Source: Microcoleus sp.
Lineage (GTDB): Bacteria > Cyanobacteriota > Cyanobacteriia > Cyanobacteriales > Microcoleaceae
Assembly (NCBI GenBank): GCA_052279835.1
Contig: CP181291.1
Coordinates: forward strand, 5,952,001 to 6,016,000
Direction of reading: 5' to 3'
DNA length: 64,000 nt
Shown here: piece after piece, positions 51,318 to 61,960 of the stretch
Layout of the letters: every line of letters starts with the position of its first letter
How positions within the stretch are numbered: position 1 is the first letter of the stretch
Notes under the pieces: model-generated
What the model was told of the DNA's origin: nothing
Database searches by the model: none
The model's input: the letters and a program-made list of their open reading frames with translations, nothing else
Program-made: the position numbers and the translations under genes

Positions 51318-51710
51318 GACTGGCTTGCTAGCAAGACCCGATGAAGCGTCAAGAATCACCGCTGCTTCAGCGGGGGTGAGTATTTCAAAGTAGATTTAGT
51401 TACATTCCTAAATTTACCTGGTTAAATGTATCTATTCAATTAGGTTCTAGGTTCTGCTGAATGAGAGAGGGAGTATGTCACAATAGGGTAACGCCTTAGC
51501 CTGTTTCCTCCCAAGGGGCGAGCAAACAGAGATTCACCACCAACACCCTACAGCTAAACTAATGCTGGGGTGAATGGTTTTTTGAAGATTGGTCACAAAA
51601 TAGTTTGTTGTCGATGGAAATCTAGATGGGAAAAAAAAATTGAGTTCCCGCCACCAAATAGCATTTTTGAACTCAGACGCCAACGGTTTTAAGGAGAAAA
51701 TTTTAGCTCC

Positions 51711-52916
51711 ATGCAGGGAAATTTGAGTGAAATAGACATCCGCAGCATCCTGCAACTGATTGAGTTAGGTCAGCGAACCGGAGAACTGTTCGTAGAGACC
51801 TACAGCTCCTCCATAGGTGCCAGCACGGGTACTCACCCAACCCCGCGCTCCCCAGCCGGACAATCCTGGTATGTCTTCTGCTTCAACGGTCAGATTATTT
51901 ACGCTACCCAGAGTGCGGGAAGTTTGTTTCGCCTGCGGGACTACCTGCGCCGCTACAAAGCAGAAAAGGCCCTAGACAAAATCGAAGTTCCCTATATGGC
52001 TTCTACCAATGCTCCAGAATATGGCTACCTGTGGGCACTGCTAGAACAACACATCCTCACCCCAGCTCAAGGGCGCAACATTATCCACAGCATGATCCAC
52101 GAAACCCTATTTGACTTGCTCAGTCTCCATCAGGGTTCCTTTACCTTTGAAATGGGTTCTGCCTTAGCTCCTCAATTAACCAGCTTAGAAATTAGCTCCT
52201 TGCTGGCGAAAATTGTCAAACAGGTGCAGCAGTGGAAACAGTTTCACCCTCACATTCAGTCGCCCAACCAATGTCCGGTGATTTCAGACCCCACCGAGTT
52301 GCAAGTCGCCCTACCTGTCAATACTTTTAATACTCTCAAACGCTGGGCTGACGGCCGCACTTCGATCCGCCAAATGGCGCGCTACCTCAACCGGGATGTG
52401 TTGACTGTGGCTAAGGCAATTTATCCCTTCGTCCAGCAGGGATTGGTGCAGGTATTTTTTGAGTCTATTAGCCCAGCTAACAACAAAAAAGAATGGTCTT
52501 CCCCCAAAACCAAAGTTCCCATAGTTGTCTGTATTGACGATGACAATGTGATTCGCAAGACCGTAGAGTCGATTTTGAATGAACATGGCTACCAAGCAAC
52601 GGGCATCAGTAGTCCCCTCACCGCCCTGAGTTTAGTGTTTCAACTCAAACCCGATTTAATTTTGTGCGACATTGCCATGCCGGAACTAGACGGTCACGAA
52701 ATTTGCGCTATGCTACGTAGTTCTAGTGCTTTCCGACAGACACCCATCGTGATGTTAACGGGTATTGACGGATTTATCGATCGGGTTCAAGCTCGGATGG
52801 CGGGAGCTACTGAATACATCACCAAACCTTTTGGTGAAAACGAGTTATTAATGCTGGTAGAAAAATATGTGGGTCCTGGTTACCCAGAGGCGACAGTGAA
52901 GCTAGTGCCTAGCTAG
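51711..52916 (+). CDS. PatA-family response regulator (HmpA/PilG-like)
   Basis: MQGNLSEIDIRSILQLIELGQRTGEL PATAN region; receiver domain IDDD, LCDIAMP, KPF. Confidence 0.9.
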   Translation: MQGNLSEIDIRSILQLIELGQRTGELFVETYSSSIGASTGTHPTPRSPAGQSWYVFCFNGQIIYATQSAGSLFRLRDYLRRYKAEKALDKIEVPYMASTNAPEYGYLWALLEQHILTPAQGRNIIHSMIHETLFDLLSLHQGSFTFEMGSALAPQLTSLEISSLLAKIVKQVQQWKQFHPHIQSPNQCPVISDPTELQVALPVNTFNTLKRWADGRTSIRQMARYLNRDVLTVAKAIYPFVQQGLVQVFFESISPANNKKEWSSPKTKVPIVVCIDDDNVIRKTVESILNEHGYQATGISSPLTALSLVFQLKPDLILCDIAMPELDGHEICAMLRSSSAFRQTPIVMLTGIDGFIDRVQARMAGATEYITKPFGENELLMLVEKYVGPGYPEATVKLVPS

Positions 52917-52964
52917 CTATTAAATAGACAAGGTGGTACACTTATAGACAAATCTACGACCATT

Positions 52965-53080
52965 TTGTTCAAACCTTGCGCGATTCCCAAAAAAGCTTGG
53001 ATTATCAGTAAAGACACTCGCTTTCGCAGGGATGTTTCGGGGAAGTTACCAGCCAAACGCACCCTGTCGGGTCATCGGTG
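52965..53080 (+). pseudogene. tnpA: IS607 TnpA (serine recombinase) N-terminal HTH relic
   Basis: Frameshifted pieces KKLGLSVKTL / DVSGKLPAKRTLSGHR. Confidence 0.7.
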
Positions 53081-53103
53081 AAATCCAGTGTTGAGGTCGA
53101 ACA

Positions 53104-53859
53104 ATGCTTTTATCCATCAAAACAAAGTTAAAGCTAAACAAGAGTCAGGCAACAATTATGAGCAAACACGCAGGAATAGCGAGGTTTACTTATAACTGGG
53201 GATTGGCTACTTGGAGCAACCTTTATAAAGATGGAGTAGCGCCCAACAAATACCTGCTTAAGAAATTCTTCAACAATCATGTGAAACCTGAGTTTACATG
53301 GATTAAAGAAACAGGAATCTGCCAGAAAATAACTCAATACGCTTTTGACAATCTTGGAGACTCTTTCTCCTTATTTTTCAAGAAAAAAGGTGGATATCCT
53401 AAGTTCAAGAAAAAAGGACATCACGACTCTTTCACGATAGACGCAGGCGGTAAGCCTATCCCTGTCGGCGGTAAGTCTATAAAGCTGCCGACAATCGGCT
53501 GGGTGAAAACTCATGAAGGACTACCTCACACGACTTGCAAGTCAATTACTATTTCACGTACTGCCGATAGTTGGTTTATCGCTTTTGCTTATGAACAAAA
53601 TCATGAACCGACCATCAAAAGTCATGAGGTTGTAGGAGTTGATTTGGGAGTAAAAGAGTTAGCTACCCTTTCAACAGGCGTAGTATTTCCCAACCCAAAA
53701 CACTACAAATCGCATCGGGCAAAACTCAAGAGATTATCAAGAGTTATGGTGAGAAAAGTGAAAGGCTCTAATAATAGACAGAAAGCTAAAGTCCAGCTAG
53801 GGAAACATCATGCAAAAATAGCAAACCTGAGAAAAAACACTCTGCATCAAATCACTACT
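53104..53859 (+). pseudogene. tnpB: IS607 TnpB, 5' portion
   Basis: HAGIARFTYNWGL, YPKFKKK, VGVDLGVK; breaks off at LHQITT. Confidence 0.9.
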
Positions 53860-53860
53860 T

Positions 53861-55142
53861 AATTCCTATGGTTTCAGATGCGGTAGAAGCTGTCAAGACG
53901 CTATCGCCCAAAACTTTATAAGAGTCAAAAGCGACAGAGACACTTGGGTTCTAGAAGCAGATGTTCAAGGCTTCTTTGATAACATTGCACATGAATCTAT
54001 CCTCAATCAATTAGGAAGTTTCCCAAGAAAAGACTTGATTAAAAGATGGTTAAAAGCTGGATTTATCTTTGAAGGGAAATACAACTTAACAGAGACGGGC
54101 ACACCACAAGGAGGGGTTTGTTCGCCGCTCCTAGCCAATATCGGGTTGCATGGACTAGAAATATTTATCAAGTCCACCAACTCAAAATTTGGAGTGGTCA
54201 GATATGCTGATGACTTTATAGTTACAGCTCGAGACAAAGGAAGTCTTGAAAATGCCCAAATCCAGATTCAACAATGGCTATCAGAAAGAGGTTTGAATCT
54301 TAGCACGGAGAAGACTCTAATCACGTCAATGGAAGATGGTTTCGACTTCCTCGGCTTCAACCATCGCCATTACAATGGTAAATTGCTTATCAAACCATCG
54401 AAGAAAAAAGTCCTAGACTTCTGTAAGCGACTTGGGAAAGAAATTAAAGCAATTAATGGGTATGAACAAGAGTTAGTCATTAGAAGACTGAATCCGATTC
54501 TTCGAGGTTTTGCCAATTACTATAAAGGAGTAGTTAGCAAAGAAACCTTTAGTTACATCTCCTCAAGATTATGGAGATACCTTTGGTGTTGGGCAAAGCG
54601 TAGACACCCCAACAAAAGTAAAAAATGGATTCGGAAACGTTACTTCAAAACCATCAATGGCAATAAATGGACCTTCGCTACCACTATTAGCGATCGCCGA
54701 GGGAAAGAAAAGGATTTAATCCTCTACCCGATAGCGTCCACACCCATTGAAAGACACGTCAAGGTTAAGGGGGAAGCGTCACCGGACGACCCCTCACGAG
54801 CGAGAATACTGGGAGAAACGCCACCAAAAACACGGTAGGAGCTACTGGGAAAAAAACTCCCGGAATTACAAAATCGCTCAAAACCAAAACTGGACATGTC
54901 CAATCTGTGGCGAACCATTATTCAATGGGGAGGAAATCGAAACCCACCACACAGCACCTGTTGCTCAAGGCGGACTAGACGACATAGAAAACCTTCAGCA
55001 TTTGCACAAACCGTGTCACAAACAGGTACACAAAACCCAAGTTAAATCTCGCTTGAAGTAAGGCTTGAGCGCAGTGAGTTGGAAACTCTCATGCTGCGTT
55101 CTTAGGGGAGGGGAGAGAGGTGACTCTCGAACCTCACCCGAC
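53861..55142 (+). mobile_element. Group II intron A (inner), 5'-truncated; RT/maturase/HNH ORF with frameshift at about 54797
   Basis: NSYGFR..DAI, LEADVQGFFDNI, GTPQGG, YADD, C-terminal CPICG/HNH; domain V gagcgcagtgag..gaaa..catgctgcgttc at 55067; domain VI ends acccgAC. Confidence 0.9.
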
Positions 55143-57210
55143 ACACCGACCAAGCTCAATTCTTGGAGAGTGAAGCTCTTAACTGGGCACAATCAGACGG
55201 CTGTTATGGGCTGACACTGGTGCTAACAGGGAGTTCCTACGGTGAAACCGAGCCTAAAAAAGTAACTTACACCTAGGCAGGGCATAACTTAAAAAACCCT
55301 GACCTCATCAGAGCTAAAGCCCGACGCATCATTTCCACAATAGCGTCCAGAATCTTGGGTTTCTGATAGTTAAAATGGCTACACCTAATGGAACAATCAA
55401 TCATCTGAGGGAACGAATAAAAACGACTTGAGAGTCATGGATACGTCGATTTCCATGTAGGTAAGATGAGATACGGAACTCTCTCAAGACGGGTAGGATG
55501 CGAAGTAATTTTCGCAAGGTATTCAGAAAACACTCAACAGAGCAGAGCATGATTAGACACAGTAGTAATACCAGTGAATCTTGGAAGAATCTACCGTGGA
55601 AGAAGTTCCGCAAAGATTTATTTCGCCTACAAAAGAGAGTGTTCAAAGCGGTTCAAGCAGGAAACAAGCGGAAAGCGCAGTCTCTGCAAAGACTTATTCT
55701 GAAATCCAAAGCTGCTAGATTCCTAGCAATTCGACAAGTAACACAGCTAAACGCTGGCAAGAAAACAGCAGGTGTTGACGGTGTAAAATCTCTCGGCTTT
55801 ACAGGACGTTTCTACCTAGAAACAATACTTAAAGAGTCGGCAGGTAATTGGCATCATCAAGGACTACGGGAAATCCCAATCCCAAAAAAGGACGGGACAA
55901 CCAGAATGCTAAAAATCCCAACTATCGCGGATAGAGCTTGGCAATGCCTCGCTAAATACGCTTTAGAACCAGCTTGCGCGTTGCAACATTCCATGCTTAC
56001 AGCTACGGGTTCAGAGCCGGACGCTCCGCGCACGATGCACAGAAAATCCTGTTCAACAATCTAAGAAGCTACTGTAATGGAATGGAAAAACGAGTGATCG
56101 AACTCGACATAGAAAAATGCTTCGACAGGATTAGTCACACCACCATAATGGACAACTTAATTGCGCCCAAAGGTATCAAGCTCGGAATCTTCCGATGCCT
56201 AAAAGCTGGGGTCAACCCCGATTTCCCGGAACAAGGAACTCCTCAAGGTGGGGTGGTGAGTCCCCTATTAGCCAACATCGCTCTTAACGGGATTGAAAGT
56301 ATTCACAGATACCATAAGGATGGATTTAGAATAACGGACAAAACCCCAGCGTCAAACATTGTCGAAACATCAATCCGTTATGCGGATGATATGGTGATAA
56401 TGCTTAGACCTCAAGACGATGCAGTCAAAATACTTGCCGACATTGATAGTTTTTTAGCAGCAAGAGGAATGATGGTAAGTGCTAAAAAGACCAAGATTAC
56501 CGCCGCGACAGATGGCTTCGACTTTCTCGGCTGGCATTTTAAAGTGTTAAGCGACGGAAGATTTAAAAGCTACCCCTCTGTGGATAACTTTAAAAAGTTC
56601 CGTTTGAAGGTAAAGAACATCGTTAATTGCTCGAATTATGGTTCTAAGGTAAAAGCCGAAAAGCTAGCACCAATAGTTAGAGGATGGAGAAATTACCATA
56701 GGTTCTGTGATATGTCAGGAGCAAGGTTTTCACTTTGGTTCTTAAATCACAGAACATACACGGTATTTAACAAGGAATCCAAAAATACCAGAGAATCAAG
56801 CGTTAAGCTTGTTAAGAAGGCATTTCCAACGGTTCCTTACTCCGAAAACAAACACATCTCCGTCAAAGGGGATAAATCGCCCTATGACGGAGATTTAACT
56901 TATTGGAGCGAACGCAATAGTAAGTTATACGATGATTTGACCTCTAAAGCCCTTAAAAAGCAAAACCATTCATGCGGTCATTGTGGGATGAAATTTATGA
57001 GCGACGAGCGAGTAAATCTACATCACATCGACGAGAATCATGATAACTGGAAACCTAAAAATCTTCTAGCAATCCACGAATCCTGTCATGACTACTCACA
57101 CATGAGCAAAAGGGTCACTCCCTAAGAATATCGGGAGCTGGATGCACGGAAACGGGCACGTCCAGTTCTAACTGAGAGGTGCTGGGGATAATACCCCACA
57201 TCGACTCAAC
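55143..57210 (+). mobile_element. Group II intron B (outer), 5' end missing; RT ORF 55549..57125 frameshifted at about 55975
   Basis: Non-coding 5' region 55143-55548; RT motifs KKTAGVDG, DIEKCFD, GTPQGG, YADD, HNH; domain V gagctggatgcacggaaacgggcacgtccagttc; ends actcaAC. Confidence 0.9.
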
Positions 57211-57477
57211 CTGCTAAAGAATCACAAGCTAGCGCAGGTAATAGCTGACTGTGGATTCCATGAATTCAAACGTCAGTTAGAATACAAGGCTAAAAAGTTT
57301 GGTTGTGAAATAATCATTGCTGACCGTTGGTTTCCCTCAAGCAAAACCTGTTCAAATTGCGGACATATACAAGATATGCCACTAAAAGAAAGGACTTACA
57401 ACTGTGGAAGTTGCGGTCATGCGATGGACAGGGATTTGAACGCAGCAATTAATTTATCGCGGTTGGCTAAATCGTGA
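57211..57477 (+). pseudogene. tnpB: IS607 TnpB, 3' portion (absent from the ORF track)
   Basis: LLKNHKLAQVIADCGFHEFKRQLEYKA...PSSKTCSNCG...CGSCG..MDRDLNAAINL; starts exactly after the intron B terminus. Confidence 0.9.
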
Positions 57478-57884
57478 AAGCTTACCAAGGGATAACCGCT
57501 CCCATGCTCCCGTTGAAGTAAGAAGCAAATGTCTAGACTTGTCTAGGATTTGTATAGCAGGCTCATTTATTAAACAAATAATAGATAATCGCCAAAAAAT
57601 CCTGTGGTGCTACTCTGGATAATTTATCGACTCAAGTGGGCCACACAGGCTCAAAGTACAAATATAATATACTTGTTTCTTCACAAAAAGCCTTCTCTGA
57701 TTGACCAAAACCGCGAGACCTCAGAGCTAATGTAGTTCATGGCGTCCGCGCTTCTCTTGCCAAACACATCCAGCAGTCACGCCATTTACGCCTTGGTTAT
57801 GTCAAGCTTGGCTATGTCAAGTTTCGATGGGACAAGCTTGGCGGGAACCCTCAATAATTTGCTAAAAAAGCAGGTGTCAGAAAA

Positions 57885-58421
57885 ATGATTAGTGGCGGCC
57901 CAGACTTCATATTACCAGGACTAGGTATAGATCATGCTCCCGAATTCCAAGAACTAGAAACTCCCGAAGGCGAGCTGCACCTGCGGTTTTATGTACCTTC
58001 GGGCAATGAGTTCGCGCTGCCAGCGACAGGGATTAGAGAGGTACTATCCCCCTCCCCAGACCGCATGACACCAATTCCTAACGTTTCTTCCTTGCTTTTA
58101 GGTACGCTAAACATGAGAGGGCGTGTCATTTGGGTGGCAGACTTGGGCCAATTTCTGGGAGACCAAACACCTCTGAATACCGACAGACAGGAAATTCCGA
58201 TCGTAGCTGTAGAAGACCAAGATACGATTTTGGGATTAGCAGTCGATCGAATTGTGGGCATGGACTGGCTCGATGTCGAGCAACTGCACTCGCAGAACAA
58301 TGCACCAGATGGCATGATGCCATTTCTCAGAGGAGAATGGATGTTAGGCGAACCAGGTCAGAAAGTGCTACGACTGCTAGATCAAGTGAAAATTCTGCGC
58401 TCGGCGCGGTGGGCAGCGTGA
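57885..58421 (+). CDS. cheW: CheW-like protein (HmpC/PilI-like)
   Basis: TPIPNVSSLLLGTLNMRGRVIWVADL, LGLAVD, LRSARWA. Confidence 0.92.
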   Translation: MISGGPDFILPGLGIDHAPEFQELETPEGELHLRFYVPSGNEFALPATGIREVLSPSPDRMTPIPNVSSLLLGTLNMRGRVIWVADLGQFLGDQTPLNTDRQEIPIVAVEDQDTILGLAVDRIVGMDWLDVEQLHSQNNAPDGMMPFLRGEWMLGEPGQKVLRLLDQVKILRSARWAA

Positions 58422-58500
58422 AATCAATTTTAGATTGGCGATTTTCGATTGAGTCTAATCACAAACAGTCACAGCGCCGCGTATCTAACATTCAAGATAA

Positions 58501-58533
58501 AAATCTAAAATCTAAAATCTAAAATCTAAAATC
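58501..58533. repeat. Heptamer STRR (AAATCTA)n
   Basis: aaatctaaaatctaaaatctaaaatctaaaatc; a shorter tract lies at about 19250. Confidence 0.85.
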
Positions 58534-58549
58534 CAACATGGGGCGGCAA

Positions 58550-61500
58550 ATGGCAACAAGTACCAACTTTCAGCAGGACTACCAACGAGCCGAAGCGGCA
58601 TACATGGAAGGCGACTATCCAGAAGCCGCCGCTCTAGTTTGTCAATTAGTAGCAGATTTTCCCGAAGACCCTAGCGCTCGTCTGCTGTGCGGACACATAT
58701 ATTGTTACGGCCTAGAAGACTACGAAGTGGCACGGGAACAGTACGCAGTAGTGCTGGATTTGAGCGACGACCAAAGCTTGGTTGAACACGCTCATAACGG
58801 GATTAATTACACAGACCAATTTTTACCCGGAGAATTGCCATCAGAAAATTTTGATGCCGAAACGGAATTGGAATTCTACCCAGATAAATCTCTGGATGTA
58901 GGTTTAGAAAACCCCAATTTTGAACTTTTCTCAGGAGATGCCGGTGGCATGGACTGGGAGAACCCATCCCCGAATGGTATGGAAAATGAAGACCTAGCAG
59001 ACTTGGGAATGAGTGCCTTGGGATGGGAACCAAAAGACGACAATGAAATCGGTGCTGCCGATTTAACCATGGCCTCTAACCCCTTTATGAGCGATTCTGG
59101 TGGGATGGCTGCTTACGCTGAGGCGACAGGTCCACTAGACGAGGAATTTGCGAGTTCAGACTTTGGAGATGCTTTTGCCTTAGAAGAGCACGAAGGATTA
59201 GATGATGCCTTTGAAGACAGCAAAGTGTCTGGCAAATCAGTTCCTTACGAGCCAGATTCGTTTTCAGAAGCTCCGACTCAGATTCTCAATGGTAGGGGCT
59301 TTGCTGCTCCCGAAGTTGACAATGACATCGACTTGAACCCAGTAAACTATCCCACGAGCCCATCCCACAATTTTGACGAATCTTTTGTACCCCGCTCCTT
59401 ACCAGATGAATTTGACCTGGACGATGATTTGGATGACTTCTCTTCCTCACCCCCGATCGGTCAAAATCATAATTACGATATAGAAGAAGATGCAGACCCC
59501 TTCGCCCAGGAACTCCCAGGGGAATTTGGGGTGCCCCAAACCAATGGGGAATACTCGTCAAATTATGCCCTGGCTGAAGATGAAACTTTGTTGATGGGCG
59601 GTGCTGTTCCCAACTCTCAAAGTCCCAGGGCGAGGCGGGGAGGTTTGAATTCGAGCGATCGAACTTCCCAAAGTAATGGTTACGGCGATTCTTCGAGTGT
59701 AGCATTCGGCTCCAGGGATAGTTTTGAGTTAGACGCTTTTGATGACGATGCTTTTAATGACTCTTTCTCTCTCGACACTTCCGAACAATTGACTTCTTTC
59801 GGAGCAGGGGGAGCGGCCAGCAGCGATTGGTCATCAAAAGCTGGTAATTCTCCAGAACATAGCGATTTTTTGGATGAATTTGATGCTTTTGATGATTTGG
59901 GCAATTTGCCAGATTTTGATATTTCTGAAGATGTCAATAGTTCGATTCTGACTAGGGGTAGCACTCATTTTGGCAGCTCGAATAGCGGCATGATGGGGAC
60001 TACCAGCAGCAGTCTAGATTTCGATAATACCGATGGCTCGGCTATTCGGGATGATGAGATATTTAGCATGAGTGGTCCGGCCGATACATCGGCGCAAACT
60101 TTTACGGTGACGGAAACAGAGCCTATTGATGCTGCTGTCACTGTGGAACAGGGTGGTCTGGCTTTCTTAGAAAATGCCCCTTTGGCTGCCAAGCATTTTT
60201 ACACAGCAGTCGGGGCCGGACTGGTTTCTCTGGTAGCTGTGGCTTTTGTCACCAACATTGCTTCTTACCAAGCGTTGCGGCAGGATAAGCCAGAGGCGAT
60301 CGTCTATCTGCGCCAAACAGGCTGGGTAATGACCGCAGCAGCAGGTGTTACCAGCTTTTTAACTTCTTGGGGTATCGGTCAGTTAATCGCCAAGCAGGTA
60401 CGGAATTCTTCGGACAATTTGCAAGCTCAATTTGATGCTGTCTCTCAAGGCAATTTGAATGCTCGTGCCACAATTTATTCTGAAGATGAATTTGGCAAAA
60501 TGGCTGCTAAATTCAACCACATGGCGAAGGCCATCCAAACGACTATTAGCGATACCAGACGCAAATCCGACGAGCAGGAACAGGCAAAGGAAGACTTGCA
60601 GCGCCAAGTGATTCGCTTGCTAGACGACGTGGAAGGTGCTGCTCGTGGTGATTTGACCGTGACTGCGGAGGTGACGGCCGATGTATTGGGGGCTGTGGCT
60701 GACTCGTTCAACTTGACGATTCAAAATCTCCGAGAAATCGTCCACCAGGTGAAGCAGGCCGCTAGGGAGGTCAGCCAAGGCGCTACTGATAGTGCCAAGT
60801 TTGCGGGGGATTTGTCTTCCGATGCTCTGCGACAAGCTGAGGAACTGGCGGCAACCCTGAATTCGGTGCAGGTGCTGACGGACGCAATTCAGCGGGTTGC
60901 TGAGAGTGCTAGAGAGGCTGAAGAAGTAGCACGGGGCGCTGCCGCCACCGCTCTTAAAGGCGGCGAGGCTGTGGATCGCACGGTGGCTGGGATTTTAGAT
61001 ATCCGAGAAACAGTAGCAGAAACAACCAGAAAAGTCAAGAGGTTGGCAGAAGCTTCTCAAGAAATTTCTAAGATTGTGGCTTTAATTGCGACGATCGCCT
61101 CCCGGACTAATTTGTTGGCTCTTAACGCTAGTATTGAAGCAGCAAGAGCAGGGGAAGCAGGCAGGGGTTTTGCGATCGTGGCAGATGAGGTGCGGCAGTT
61201 GGCGGACCGATCGGCTAAGTCTCTCAAAGAAATTGAACAGATTGTGATGCAAATTCAGAGTGAGACTGGGGCAGTGATGACAGCGATGGAAGAAGGGACG
61301 CAACAGGTGATTGAGGGGACAAAATTGGCAGAACAGGCTAAGCGATCGCTCGACGATATTATCCAAGTAACTAATCGAATTGACGTGTTGGTGCGATCGA
61401 TTACTGCCGATACTGTGGAGCAGAACGAGACGGCTCGATCGGTGCGGGCAGTTATGCAGGCTGTGGAGTTGACCGCTCAGGAAACCTCCCAGGAAGCACA

Positions 61501-61597
61501 GCGAGTTTCCGGTGCTTTACAAAACTTGGTAGGGGTTGCTCGCGACCTTTTGACCTCGGTGGAAAGATTCCGAGTAGAAACAGTAGACCGACAATAA
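58550..61597 (+). CDS. Methyl-accepting chemotaxis protein (HmpD/PilJ-like)
   Basis: TPR-like N-terminus, long acidic linker, two TM segments, HAMP, RTNLLALNASIEAARAGEAGRGFAIVADEVR; alternative ATG at 58538. Confidence 0.95.
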   Translation: MATSTNFQQDYQRAEAAYMEGDYPEAAALVCQLVADFPEDPSARLLCGHIYCYGLEDYEVAREQYAVVLDLSDDQSLVEHAHNGINYTDQFLPGELPSENFDAETELEFYPDKSLDVGLENPNFELFSGDAGGMDWENPSPNGMENEDLADLGMSALGWEPKDDNEIGAADLTMASNPFMSDSGGMAAYAEATGPLDEEFASSDFGDAFALEEHEGLDDAFEDSKVSGKSVPYEPDSFSEAPTQILNGRGFAAPEVDNDIDLNPVNYPTSPSHNFDESFVPRSLPDEFDLDDDLDDFSSSPPIGQNHNYDIEEDADPFAQELPGEFGVPQTNGEYSSNYALAEDETLLMGGAVPNSQSPRARRGGLNSSDRTSQSNGYGDSSSVAFGSRDSFELDAFDDDAFNDSFSLDTSEQLTSFGAGGAASSDWSSKAGNSPEHSDFLDEFDAFDDLGNLPDFDISEDVNSSILTRGSTHFGSSNSGMMGTTSSSLDFDNTDGSAIRDDEIFSMSGPADTSAQTFTVTETEPIDAAVTVEQGGLAFLENAPLAAKHFYTAVGAGLVSLVAVAFVTNIASYQALRQDKPEAIVYLRQTGWVMTAAAGVTSFLTSWGIGQLIAKQVRNSSDNLQAQFDAVSQGNLNARATIYSEDEFGKMAAKFNHMAKAIQTTISDTRRKSDEQEQAKEDLQRQVIRLLDDVEGAARGDLTVTAEVTADVLGAVADSFNLTIQNLREIVHQVKQAAREVSQGATDSAKFAGDLSSDALRQAEELAATLNSVQVLTDAIQRVAESAREAEEVARGAAATALKGGEAVDRTVAGILDIRETVAETTRKVKRLAEASQEISKIVALIATIASRTNLLALNASIEAARAGEAGRGFAIVADEVRQLADRSAKSLKEIEQIVMQIQSETGAVMTAMEEGTQQVIEGTKLAEQAKRSLDDIIQVTNRIDVLVRSITADTVEQNETARSVRAVMQAVELTAQETSQEAQRVSGALQNLVGVARDLLTSVERFRVETVDRQ

Positions 61598-61960
61598 TTA
61601 ATTGTCTAATGCTTGTTTTGCTTAGTGAATTACCAGCAGATTAGTGCCGAAATGATGGCATAAAAAAAGCAACCTCGCAGTCTTGAAATGTCTGCGGGGA
61701 TGCCAAATCAGCACTTAAATAAACTAGGAGTTGCCCAGATGGACGATGACATAGTAGATGTATTTTCTGAAATTTTGAGCGAAGTTGAGCCAAGGGGTTG
61801 TAGGGTCGGCGAACTATCAAAAATAGTGGAGGATATGCCCAGACAAAACTTCCGAGCGAGAATGAAATCAAGATGTTAAAAGTCCACGGATTAGTATTAG
61901 AAAAAAGATAGTCTCTCCAACAAATAGCAGAGAAATAAATTAGAAAAAAGGAATAAAACT

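Larger units (their letters stand above)
49889..51388 (+). mobile_element. IS605 element (divergent tnpA/tnpB) with internal deletion
   Basis: TTGAC at 49884-49888, left-end hairpin ccgtccttttaggacgg, right end ...gtgagtatTTCAA; ends nearly identical to the 46416-47708 element. Confidence 0.9.
52913..57560 (+). mobile_element. IS607-family element (tnpA relic + tnpB) carrying nested group II introns; left boundary approximate
   Basis: TAGACAA repeats at the left end and inverted near the right end; tnpA HTH relic; tnpB in two pieces; right end ...tttgtatagcAG. Confidence 0.8.

Noticed and set aside
52913..53103. IStron (group I intron-IS607 chimera)
   Set aside because: Only about 50 nt separate the left end from the tnpA relic, leaving no room for a group I core.
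53861..57125. Retron, DGR or defence-associated reverse transcriptases
   Set aside because: Both RTs have maturase and HNH regions and are followed by canonical group II domains V and VI.
61688..61879. 63-aa ORF between the MCP and cheA genes
   Set aside because: No recognisable motif; cannot be supported from sequence alone.
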